Assembly: GCA_013115125.1 (NCBI GenBank)
Contig: JABANN010000019.1
Coordinates: 110,280 to 130,279, forward strand
Length of the DNA: 20,000 bases
Reading direction: 5' to 3'
Origin: Perkinsus olseni
Taxonomy: Eukaryota
Both the position numbers and the translations under genes were made by a program. This document shows positions 1 through 11,220 of this stretch, piece by piece. The notes under the pieces are model-generated. The model saw only the letters and a program-made list of their open reading frames with translations, did not search any database and was not told the origin of the DNA. The first letter of the stretch is position 1. Each line of letters opens with the position of its first letter.

Positions 1-661
1 AACTCCTCTACCATGTATCGATACTGTTCAAACTCATCCTGGTCCTTCCGTCTCTTTCGTGCTACACCAAGCGACACCGTGGCCAGCGGTAACCACTCAT
101 ATAGACTAGCGTACTATTACCCTCGCTCACAGAGTGTCGTATGGAGCCCGTTAAACCAGCCTTAGTCTCTGCATCCTCCTCCCTCCCTAGTAGTAGATCC
201 TTAAGCCCCTTCATAAGCCCTCCCAGTGCTTGCCCCGAATCCGGCGCTAATGACCCTAGAGGACACCAGCGGCACCGTTGGAAGGAGTATCATCGGCCAC
301 TTGTACCGCGAGTACAGCGAGTCTTTCTGTTCCCGAGCGGCCCGGAATCGTTTTTGTAACGATGGCGAGACTTTCAACTATTCGGCGGCAGTATAAAATT
401 GAGGGTTGGGTGAATGAGATGAAGCCTCACTTGTAGAGCTATCGCTCGACCGCCGTAAAACCGGAGCTCTCTGTCGGAACGCTGAACTAGGCATCTGGCT
501 CTTCGGTACCGTATTCTGACACGAAGTATAAATCGAAAAAGACGCAACGGGTAACCTACCCCTGATCCTCGAACTGCTACGAAACATCGTATCGCAGAGA
601 CGTTCACCCTGGCGTAGGGTTGACGGCTACCAACCGGATATACGCAGAGTTTGAGAGACAT
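1..661 (-). CDS. Hypothetical multi-exon protein, runs off the left edge of the window
   Basis: Minus-strand exons join across a GT-AG intron into SLAPDSGQALGGLMKGLKDLLLGREEDAETKA|ARKRRKDQDEFEQYRYMVEE (about 255-1). Further candidate exons lie at about 315-377 (LKVSPSLQKRFRAAREQKDS) and 430-661. The start codon is uncertain and no domain was recognised. Confidence 0.5.
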
Positions 662-940
662 GACAGTATGACACTGCTTGGCGAAGTCTCATCAGAGCTG
701 TGGTGAACATCAGCCCCGCCAAGCTAGGTTCATCACGATTAGGAGATAAACAGGCGAGATTGCGAAAAAGGTCTTTCGGTCTCTCAGCAGGGGATTCGCA
801 CCACAGAACCTCGTAACACTTCCATAACACAACAGAGGATGCAAAGCGGCGGATGAAGCGAAGTGACAATTTCGACATCAGACATCAAATCATAAAAAAG
901 GTTATCGGGCATGAGAATTGCTAGCATATTCTCATATCGA

Positions 941-3865
941 TTATATCGCGCGGCCAGCTGCACTTTGAGAGTCCACGGCACTGCCGCCAGCTCCGATGAC
1001 GGAGGGATTCTCTACATCCTGCTGCTCCTCCAAGCTCTCACGAAGGCGCTTCTCCTCCTCACTCTTCTTACGGTATCTGAAAGGACTTCAACTCCATCCA
1101 GCTGAAGCCTAAGCGGCCACACCGACTCAGTACCTTCTATAGATGAGATAAGCAACGAAGAGGATGAGAAGGAACACCGCCACTGAGCCAAGGGTAATCC
1201 CAACAACAGCGCCCGCCGACAGGCCGTCATCGCCACCCTGTGATTCGGCACCTGACCAACCAAAGGGAACACTACATATCATACACTTGGCTGAAATTAA
1301 ACCAAACCCCGTGGAATGGGGAGGGTAACGTCATCCTACGCGACAGATCATATCGGTGAGAAAGAAACCGCTCACCTCTCCCATAGACTATGGGCGTTCC
1401 ATCCAGGACTGCATCAGGAGTTCCTCCCTCGTCGGACTGGCCTTTCAGCCAGTCTGTTATAGAACTGGCCGCCTCCCCCTCAGCAAAGCCGACTCCGTTC
1501 GAAACGTCACCCTGATTAACCTGACAGTGAGACAAAGGCTACCCTTACTAAAGGTCATAAAATGCCTGCCCTACCACAGTGACGACTTTAAGTATGAGCT
1601 CGTCGGCTTCACCTCCCTGCAAGCGTCTGCGGTCGTTGCTGATGTCCGAGGCGAAACCCAGGTTGAGCTCCTCTGTTTTGAACTCAGGTTTCAGTTTATC
1701 ATACAGGGATGTCTTCCCAGGAGCCGAGGGCTCGTAGAGACCGATGTCGATCAACTGCCGGCGGATGCCAGAGATCTAGCACAACACGTGATACGGATCA
1801 ACATTCTTCGACGGAGCAGCGTGGGAGACGAGACATCACCTTGTAATTAGATACTATGGTGGTCTTCTCATCTTGCGGCGGAACTACAGGAATGCGATTC
1901 GGTACTGGGCACGTGAGATCAGGCAAATCCTGTTTATATGCCATGTAATAAACTGTCTCATAGTCGAGAGCGCCTGAGCGAAAGCCTCAATAATGCCTCA
2001 AGTGCGGCGAAAGATATTGCCTCTTAAATCAGGATGTGTGAGGTAGATGACGTCCTTGAGTAGAAGATCAGGATTCAAAATGCCATCGTAGAACACGGGA
2101 TTAGGGAACCCGCCCTGAAGCCGCACCACAGTGAAAACGCGCGTTCATAACGGTTAGATACCTTATTATAGTCGATCAGACCGCCCTGGCAGCGGACGGC
2201 GCGCCAAGAGGTAAGATTCACTGCAGTATTACGAGCCACTACTTCGGAAACCTATCAGAGTTGGCATGCAAGGTTTGAGGCTTCCTCGCCCTTCATTTTC
2301 ACCTTGTCCTCCTTTAGGCCTGCCCTCGGTATATAGTACTCTACTCCCTGCGCGTAAATAGATGTGCTGCCAGGACCCTGCAACGCCACTGGAGTGTTGC
2401 TGACCTAACATGGCAACGACTTTGTAACTATGAAAAGTCAAGAAACCAGAAAAATGCATCCTGGTGTTGCACGTAGAGAAGAGCGAGAACGACTTGTTAG
2501 GTACGATCTCACCTGACCGGAAGCTCCCAGAGTTTGTAGATCCTGACTGAGACCTCGTGTATTATCCTGGGAGAACATGTAATAGACGTGAGCGTCGTCC
2601 ATCATGCGAGCCACGTAGGAGTCTGGTTTTGGGAAATACCTACCAGTGACTAGTAGCAGAACAAATAGCAAGATAACGACATTACCAGTCATATCCTGGA
2701 AAAGCCGTGCCCATCCATACTGAGGGCTTGTAAGATGCCCTAGCAGCAAGAGCTGAAGCTTGCATGTAGCTGGACCGAGTGCTCGCAAAATGAGACGCAC
2801 CAGTGCTATACTGAACGAAAATAGAACACTCGGTGCAGTTGTAGTGTGAGTAGCCGAGTACTCACTGTATCAGTTAATAGAGCCATGAAGAGCATCCATG
2901 TGAGCCTCCCCAAAGGACTAGCTTCGTAACGGTCACTGAAGGGTAAAATAGTCTGGGTCTGTGTGGCAGCCTTGTATGCATCCACGGTGCCGGAGGGAAC
3001 GATTACAGCGGATAGCTGAAACAAATAATAAGCCTTGAATAGCCTTGGGTGAGGATACCGTGCCCTACATTCAGCTCATTCAGCTTAGTGGCATTGTTAG
3101 GTCCGCCATAAGCGCCCGTACATGCACCGTTTGCGAATGAACAACCCGCCTCCTTCTTACACTCAGACTCGGGGAGACTTGACGTACACGCCCAAGTGGC
3201 AATCTGGGAATAGTAAATATATCACCAAACGAGAAAGACTCATTCGACCGAGGAGTGCGGTATAAAAACGTGATGCTACTGCAGAATAGCAATAAGGTGG
3301 CCTACCTGAGGAAGGCGTGCCTGCAACAAAGGCTCCTTGGGCAGGTTGAGGTCGGCCTTGTTCAAGTAAGCAGTAACGGTGGCTAACTTACCCAGGCCCT
3401 TATCGAGTATCCCAACCTACTGACGACGATGCGAGCGAACTAAGGGAAGTCGCTCAGCTTACCATGAGAGTCTCAGTGAGACCCAATGTTTTGACAGGCG
3501 TCTCAACCTTGATGTAGTCACTGAAGCTACCGGGGTCATTGACTGTCGGATCCTCTGTACCACACCGTACGAATAGCACTTTCACCGAGACCGAGGGCGT
3601 CGAGAGTACTTCCAAGGTAGCGTAGTACCTACAGTAAGACTCGTACCATACGGCAAGGGAAGCCCGCTCGATCTCGGTACTTGTAAGACTGATAATTCTT
3701 GATGGTCGTAGAGTACTCGGAAAAGTAGGAGATGCTGGTCGGAAAGTAGTCGACTTCATTAGCCTTGTCGAACCCGACCACGGGGTCGCCGCACTGTTCC
3801 CACTGAGCAGATGCTACCGCAAAGGACAGAATAAAATACGTTAAAGAGGGAATCACAGCCATCAT
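941..3865 (-). CDS. CBA1-like / BtuF-type (class III substrate-binding fold) protein with signal peptide and C-terminal single-pass membrane anchor; multi-exon
   Basis: Spliced translation, in order: signal peptide MMAVIPSLTYFILSFAVASA; VDYFP; YQSYK|YY...VLFVRCGTEDP...ETPVKTLGLTET; EASPLGRLTW (2896-2925); YKPS; FYDGILNPDLLLKDVIYLTHP (about 2031-2093). This order matches the CBA1-type motifs as I recall them (DYFP, YK, CGTxxP, ExxPLxRAEW, WFESAxxxPDxxLxDLxxxxHP). A stalk follows, then TM helix AGAVVGITLGSVAVFLLILFVAYLIY, basic RRYRKK, a short tail and TAA at 941-943. Some internal exon boundaries (about 2270-2460, 3090-3300, 1250-1375) are unresolved. Confidence 0.72.
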
Positions 3866-4283
3866 CGTGATTGGCCGGCAACTGCAAAATCTGAAAAGGA
3901 ATTTTCTGACCCTGGTAGTTCGGTAACCTGCGGTCGTCATACCGAGTACATCAGCTCAATTCGTCGTCACCCAGCCTTTCCGTCTAGCCTCACACAGCAC
4001 TCTCCCCCGGTGGCTAGCCTGCCGCGAGCCTAGTGCCACGGTTGCGGTCGTGCACACTCTTACGCCTCCGGTTCACAACGAAAGAGCTTTATGAGACATA
4101 GTGCTTGCTCACGTGCACTGAGTCCATCCGTATGCGAGAGTTCGTTTCTTATACAGAAATGGAGGCCTTCGCTCAGTTACAACGTCGGAGAGCACAGAAG
4201 CATTGAATGAGTACTGCAACTCAACTCGAAGCTGCATCCTGCGCTGGACAAAATTTAATCACATCTTGCGTTGTTCCTTGCGC

Positions 4284-6210
4284 ATGTCGACCTCGACCCC
4301 AGTCAAGATTCTCGAAAGGTGAGAGCGAACAGATGACCGCCGAACATGATGAGCGCCTTCCCGAACACTTGAGGTCGCCGGAAGCCAGTGGGTTCAAGCC
4401 ACGCGGGTCATTCATCTGGAGGAAACGCAAGGTTCTTCAAGACGCGTAAGGCTGAATATTGGGCAGAGCCTGCTTGCAAATGTCTAATGCAGATGAGGAT
4501 GCCGCAGAAGAGATCGTCCGAGTAGGAAGGCCGTGGGACGAAACCGAAATTGATGATGTAATATTGCCTGGGGCGGTTAAGTGGACTACTATGGGCTCAC
4601 TCTCATGCAGTACTTGCGTTGTCTCCAACAGGGGAGTCCTCAACGGCGTGAATCGCGTATCGTTTGAGGAAATGCGGCGATTCGTACTCCTTCAACGTCC
4701 TTCCGTGACCGTAGTTCTTTCAAGGTTTTCAAATCGCCTCAAGTGCAAAGCGGCTCTGTTGACGGCAGAAATATCATGGCAATGAGGCACGCCAAAGGTA
4801 ATGCCGACCAGAGACCAGTAGAGAATGCGCCCGTATGAGATAAGTGGGTCTCTACAGGTGCGTCCACAACCGCTTCCAGCACTTGTCTGAGTGCGGAGGT
4901 TTATAACGATGTGCTACTGCAGAAGCAGGACGAGATCTTCAAGCTCGGCCAAGATATGACCCGGGCGACGACCGAAGGCCACTATAAGAAGGCTGCCTCA
5001 TTGCGCAGTGAGTCGTGCTCTGCGTGTTTCCGAAGCTGGCGACAGGTGGTGTTTCGCAGAGCACCTGAGAGAGGCTCGGCAAGAGTACGACACGATGATA
5101 GAGAAGCGCGTGGAATACCTGGCTGGGGTCAAGCAGGAGCAGCTCACGGAGTCTTGGAGATCGATGCGGTGTAGATTTGAGAAGCGGTAATGCGGCCCGC
5201 ATGAAACCTAGGGACACGTGTCACCCGAGTCCCCTTAGTGCTCGAATTGGGGCGATTCATAAGCGGGAATTCGCGCCTCAAGCAGAATGTCAGTTGACGT
5301 CCTTCGGTTAGCTCCACCTGTCCCTAGCTTTCAAGCAGGAAATTTATACGGCGTAAGGCGGACCGGCCTGGGCTCCACGGTGGGAGCCGTTTTCTTCGGA
5401 GCAGGTTGATCAGTTTCCTGGATTAGACTTTCTGTAGGTTCATCGAGGAACGTAAGCGAATAGAAGAGCTCGTCGCTACAACTAAGAATAGACTCTCTGC
5501 GGAGCATGAGTGAGCATCATCAATCCTGCCGCGTCCTCGAGTGTCCTTTCGAGCTTAGGCGGGAGGTTGCGGAGCTTGAGGAAGCCTTTACCAGCGAGAC
5601 CGCAGATCCCCGTCACTCTTGGAGCTCTACGTTGCGGGAGTTGATGAAGACTGAACAGCGCTTAGCCGCCATAGGGGACTTCGACGCGGCTGAGCAGTAG
5701 GTCGACCCGGTAGGACGGAATTCTACAGAGTCTCGCAGATGCCGTGTACGGGGACAAGCCTTGCGACAAAAGGAGTTGGAAGATCACTACCGGAAACGGC
5801 AACACCAATTTGAAGTCAATAAGCGGTAGTAACGGTATCAGAGCGGCTGTCCTGGGTTCTTGAAACGTGGCCGGCGAATATTATCGCAACAGGCATCTTC
5901 AACGGCGCCACGCGTCTGAGATCGAAGCTGTAGCTCGTCGGGGTGATCGGATGATGGAGTTGGCGCGGCGAAACTACATAACGTCGAGCAAGGCGTTGGA
6001 CGCGAAGTCCAAGTTCATTGCCAAGAAGGTCAACAGCTCTACTTCGCTCCTGTCGTACCGGTATGTTTGTAGGTCACTCAGGAGTGTTATAAATTTTCGA
6101 CGTCAGTCAGAAGACCGCCCACGCATGAAACGACGCAGAAGGGCGCTCTTGGCTATCGAGGCACGAAGTTTGGACCTCCGCAAAGAAGGCTGGCCATTTC
6201 CCCAGAGCGG
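4284..6210 (+). CDS. Coiled-coil hypothetical protein, multi-exon (both ends uncertain)
   Basis: Exons from about 4923 to 6210 join in frame through GT-AG introns: KQDEIFKLGQDMTRATTEGHYKKAASLR|KHLREARQEYDTMIEKRVEYLAGVKQEQ...|FIEERKRIEELVATTKNRLSAEHE|REVAELEEAF...STLRELMKTEQRLAAIGDFDAAEQ|CRVRGQALRQKELEDHYRKRQHQF...|HLQRRHASEIEAVARR. The composition is E/K/R/Q-rich and helical. The 5' exons (4284-4900) could not be joined reliably. Confidence 0.65.
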
Positions 6211-6349
6211 TGAAATCATTCTTCTCATGCGTGCTTGTTATAATTGCTCTGGCTGTGTCGGCGACGTTCCTGTCGAGTGATGGCGTCGAGTTTCAGTAGT
6301 CTTACTGGAATGACTCGGGTCTATAGTCCACTTGGGTACTCTCTCGCAA

Positions 6350-7694
6350 ATGAGCGTCACTCGACGGAGGAGAGATGGCCGTGTGGGAAGGATTGCAGAA
6401 TTCAGCGCAAGTCCCCCGAGCTACTGGCATGACGCTCGGGAGTCCGATCTCGAGAACTCTCCTCTGCCTTCTAACATCAAAGTGGGCGACGATATTCTAT
6501 TGCCTACAGCACGAGCAGCGAGACGACAGTCCTCTGGGATAAGTAGGAAAGGTTGCAACTCCCCGTCCTCCCTGATGACTCCGACCCTCTGGCTACGGAG
6601 GTATCCTGTTTCTCTGAAATATCAGCCAGTGAGCGGAGACTTAACTTCCGACGAATCACTTCAGTTAGTTTTCAGCTCGAAGCGATCTTCAAAGCCTCGA
6701 GCATAGCATCATGGTGGCGATGGAGCGGCAGAGCATGCAAGTGATTGAGTATGTTGATACCAGTCTCAGGGAAGTCAAGCTGATGATAGGCAAGAACCAA
6801 GGGCAAACAGGGCAGGGCACTTCTTTTTTTGGTTTGCTTCGAGGGTTGGCTCGACTCCTCGCACGTAAGAGTTGCGCGTTATCCAGGTGCAGTGGCCCCA
6901 GTCATGATAGAGTCCCTTTCAGAGGAACTCTCCACCCGTCTATCGAGCCGGGCCTCCCCACTGTCCTCGGGTCAGTCACTTGTGTCAAAGCAGAGTACAG
7001 GTCGGGCACGGACTGTGAGTACTATTCTCGGATCTTCCTCGCTACAGCGCTTGCTTCATTTTGTCTCGTATACGGCACTACTGGAAGGTAGTCTCTTATT
7101 TTCTGCCCATGCACAGGAGCATTACTCTGGGGGCAGGCCAGCGCCCCTTGCGGAGACGTCCGTTCGGTCTGGTGAAGAGATTGAGGCTGAGAGAGTGATA
7201 GCGGGTTGGCGGTATTTCCCTCCGTGTCGTTCAAATCACGATTTGGTGGAGGCCTTCTAATGTGGGCCTCCTCGCCTCCGTTGTGCGCTTGTTCAGGAGC
7301 CCATGGAGGAGGAATCCACTGGGGAGCTGCCGGATGACATGTTCCAGCCGATAAACTCATTAGACTCGGGTGCTGGTACTGGCGGAGTGCCATGGATAAG
7401 CCCGGCGAGGTCGAGGACTGGAGGACGGATCAGCTCTGCGAGTGAGGCCCTTGGCTCGCTTGCACGGCTTGAGGTGGTAGTTGCGCCGCGTCGAATGTGT
7501 CAGGCTCGGGACGACCGACAACTACCTGGGGCATGCTCCGAACTCCTGGCACGACGGGCCATCATATCATCAGGCTACACGAAGGTGCTCAGGACGAGAG
7601 TGATAGCGATATGAATCAGAATAGAAACAGCGAAGATGAGGAAGAGGAGGAGGAGTTGCCTCTGACCACTAGTGAAGAGCCATCAGTGAGATGA
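6350..7694 (+). CDS. Low-complexity Ser/Glu/Arg-rich hypothetical protein, multi-exon; may be the 3' part of the preceding gene
   Basis: A chain of plus-strand exon-like segments bounded by GT/AG, ending in the acidic tail SDMNQNRNSEDEEEEEELPLTTSEEPSVR with stop at 7694. Candidate ATG at 6350. No domain recognised and the splicing is not fully resolved. Confidence 0.45.
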
Positions 7695-7779
7695 GATCCT
7701 CCGACATACGCTATCTCTATCGTGATCTCGATAGCCGACTAAACCGCGGCCGAACACGAACACACCTGGGGTTCAGAGG

Positions 7780-8409
7780 ATGGACACGGCGGTTCTCTGT
7801 GGCACTGAAAAGGAATCTGCTTCGCGGGAGACTCGGCAGGTGGCGCTGATCATCACTTTCTCCACAGATCTGAACCGTCCACCCTCAGGTTTGCTCTACG
7901 GAAAACAACGCATGCGTTGCTGTGGATGCCGGAGTCAAAGCGGTATCGCAACCGTTGAACCATGCGTCAAGAGACGTCACCAAGAACTCATCATGCGTCT
8001 CGACTGAGTAGCCCCTCACAGTGAGGATGTACTCGTTAGCTTTATAGCGGTCCTCTTCAGACTCGGTGGTTCCCAGCGATCCAACGTGGTCATCCGGCGC
8101 TGGATTACTCCGCCGACACGCACGACCATCAGAGTAAACAACGCACATTCTGATGAGTGTTATCATTTATACCATCTCTCTCAGTCCCACACAGCTGCCG
8201 CTATTCGGCCTAGTTATGGTATGGCGATGACGCCACCAGTCCTCTTTCCTCAGTATAGACTAGTCAGCCCCATCGCAGCTGCGGCGTCATTCACTCCTCC
8301 CACCGGACTGGCTCGGTCTCCGGTACAGATCACCCAGAGTGTTCCACTCCGTCGTCGATATCAGCAGTCTCCGGTGACAAAACTGCCTGTACTCGGCCCA
8401 TCGAACTAG
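7780..8409 (+). CDS. Possible small spliced hypothetical protein with Pro/Ser/Ala-rich last exon
   Basis: ATG at 7780, intron-like segments with pyrimidine-rich acceptors (e.g. ccatctctctcag near 8184), and an open 3' segment SHTAAAIRPSYGMAMTPPVLFPQY...GPSN-stop. Exon phases were not resolved. Confidence 0.3.
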
Positions 8410-9036
8410 TGGAATCACTTGTAGGTTACGAGTACTATAACAAGAATGGGGACGCAGGACTGGATACCGCTCCCCCGACCGTGATATGATCAATTAACAG
8501 CATTACTACATACAGGCAGTTGCCAAGTGTGATGATAAGCTTTGGTCTGTTGAGTTGCCGTCAACGCATGAAGTTGGGAGACGCGGTCACATCACAACTG
8601 ATTTCACATTACTGCCTCGAATATCAGAGATGTATAGATAACAACTGTCTGTATAGTTTTATAAGATTACGAACCCTTGCGGTTGAGGAATTCCGGTACG
8701 AGGGTACGAATTCCGCTCAGTTCCGCATCCCCTATCATATCTAGTGATTCCTTGTCGCTGCTGATGACATTGATCCCCACTGATCTTACTCTTACAAACA
8801 CTGCTCCTCGTCAGTTAGTTGAGAAACGGTAACGATTATCGACATTGACTGTCGTGTATAGACAGCTTGATTACTGTCATCAAACAAATGTCGCACTTAT
8901 CTCCTTTAAAGACTCCATGTGAACGGTATAACAACAGAAGAAACTACAACTTCTGATGCATACGAAAACTACTCAGCGTGAAACGGAGGAAAACAGGGCG
9001 GTGAACAATGCAAAGGTGAATGACGTCGCACCAGGT

Positions 9037-10770
9037 TTATATCTTCTCAGCCGAGCCAACATTCTTGATCAGAAGAGTGCGGATCTCCGTCATATCCTCC
9101 ATAGCGTAACGAACACCCTCCTTTCCGACACCGGAATCCTTAACACCACCGTAGGGCTCAGCGTCCACACGGATGCTGGGGACATCGTTGATAACAACGC
9201 CACCGACCTCGAGGTTGTTCCATGCGTAGAATACACGATTCATGTCAGTGGTGAAGATACCGGCGTGGATACCGTACCTGTCAAAAAAACCATCAAACAT
9301 GACAGAAAAAGAGAACCAGCTTTCCTACTTAGAATCATTAACAGCATCGATAACATCCTTGAAGTTGCTAAACTTAGTGGCGCAAAGCAGGGGGCCGAAC
9401 GCTTCCTCCCTCCAGGCAGTGGCATCGATCGGGACATCGGCCAGAAGCGTGGGCTCAACCATGCAGCCGTTTCGGCCACCACCGCAGAGGACGGTGCAGT
9501 TGAGTCCCTTGGCCTCCTCGATCCATCCGTGAAGACGAGACGCTTCCTTCTCGGAGATCATAGGGCCAACAAAAGTGGTCTCGAGCTTGGGGTCGCCCAT
9601 CTTCAGCGACTTGACCTTTTCGGTCAAAGCCTTCATGACCTGAAAGCAGAGCGGTGGAAAACGCCAAGAGCGAATGAATGCGCCTCACCTCGTCGTAGAT
9701 GGTATCCCTGATGTACAACCGCTGGGTCGAGATGCAGCTCTGGCCGGACTGGTAGTAGGCACCGAAGGCAATGCGGTTAACGAGGTAATCCAAACCCTCT
9801 TGCGGGATGGAGTCGACAACACAGGCGGCGTTGCCACCGAGCTCGAGGACGACTGGCTTCTTTCCGGCCCTGGCCTTCATGTCCCATCCGACCTGAGGGC
9901 TGCCAGTGAAGGAGAGGAGCTTGAAACGCTCATCAGTCGTGAACAAGTCAGCACCTGATCACGGAGGAGTTGACATTGGATTGTGTTGAGAGCAAAGAGA
10001 GAGGACTCACCATTCCTAGAGCAGGGGAGGATAGAGAAGGCCTCGTTGGGGAAGTCAGGGCAGTTGGAGAGGATCTCACCGATGATGAGGGCACCAAGGG
10101 GGGTGGCGCTCGCAGGCTTCAACACGAAGGGGCAACTGAAGAGAAGAACCGAGTGCGCGGACGTCGAAGAAGTCATCGACTTACCCCACAGCGATAGCAG
10201 GGGCGATCTTGTGAGCGGCAAGGTTAAGAGGGAAGTTGAAAGGGGCGATCATCGAAACGGTTCCCTTGGGGACGCGCTTGTAGATCTGCTGCAGGCCCTT
10301 GTTACGGCTTGAAAGCTCCATCGTAGACCATTCACCGTACATACGGGTGCACTCCTCCGCAGCGATCTCGAAGGTGTCAATGAGGCGGCTGACCTGAATG
10401 AGTGATACAGTACTTTTATTAGTGAAAGAAGGAAGGTGAATAGTACCTCTCCCCTGGCATCAACGATGGGCTTGCCAGCTTCGCTGCACAGGCAGTAGGC
10501 AAGCTCGTCGAAGCGCTTGCGGAACTCAGCAACACAGTACATGAGGACAGCCTTCCTCTGATAAGCGGGCATTTGAGCCATCTTCTTCTCGGCAGAGTGG
10601 GCCTTCTCAATGGCCTTGTCGATCTCAGCCTCGTGAGCGACAGCAACGTGGCAAACGACATTGCCGGTGTACTTGTCGGTCACACCCAGATCGGTGTTAG
10701 CATAAACTGGCTCACCGGCGAGATAGTAGGGCCACTTCTCGGCGATCTTAGGATCAGGGACGAAGGCCAT
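9037..10770 (-). CDS. ALDH21: Aldehyde dehydrogenase, family 21-like (putative NADP+-dependent succinic semialdehyde dehydrogenase), 491 aa, 6 exons
   Basis: Exons 10770-10447, 10393-10185, 10135-10011, 9954-9689, 9639-9329 and 9277-9037 total 1476 nt in frame, with GT-AG introns of 53, 49, 56, 49 and 51 nt. ALDH motifs present: PFNFP, KPAS, FTGS, LELGGN (catalytic Glu), GQSCIS (catalytic Cys), EEAFGP, PYGGVKDSG. The segments PYYLAGEPVYANTDL.VTDKYTG, RNKGLQ, DERFKLLSFTGS and GWDMKARAGKK resemble moss ALDH21A1 as I recall it. Confidence 0.95.
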
Positions 10771-11220
10771 TTTGAGAGAGTACTTCTTATAGTTTGAACT
10801 GAGGGATAATCGACCCGCCGACAATAGCACTCGACGCTGGAGCCCTCAAGCATTCAAGTCCCCACAAAGTCGCTTCCGGCACTGTGGCGTGGGTAGACAC
10901 GCGACTGTGTCGCACTACAAGGGAACACAATTTCCTCCCAACTACAGACGATAGGATTCCACATGGCTGTCGAATCGGGCTAAGGCGTGGGCGTGAGTAG
11001 TAATCCCAACCTCCCTTCGAATTTCTTTAGTTGCCGCCGATCTTTGCACATCTCTGAGGGCACTCCCACCACTTCTCCGCCACAAAGAGGGACAGTAACG
11101 CTGCTAATGCCAGCAGAGATGTCCGATTCAGCTCAGGGCAACGTAAAAAGCGCGCGCCCGGAAAATCTCGGCTTGGCAAAATTCGTGTAACTATCCCGTT
11201 GGAAGTGTTATCTGAAGGTC

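Noticed and set aside
1356-1850. 164-aa plus-strand ORF
   Set aside because: Antisense to the stalk exons of the CBA1-like gene; no independent support.
10764-10780. GCCATTTTG resembling part of the dinoflagellate spliced leader
   Set aside because: Only 9 nt match, and it is simply the reverse complement of the ALDH start context CAAAATGGC, on the wrong strand for a relic leader.
8956-10797. Long plus-strand ORFs (251 aa at 8956-9711 and others) opposite the ALDH gene
   Set aside because: Antisense shadows expected from the codon bias of a conserved gene; no recognisable protein features.
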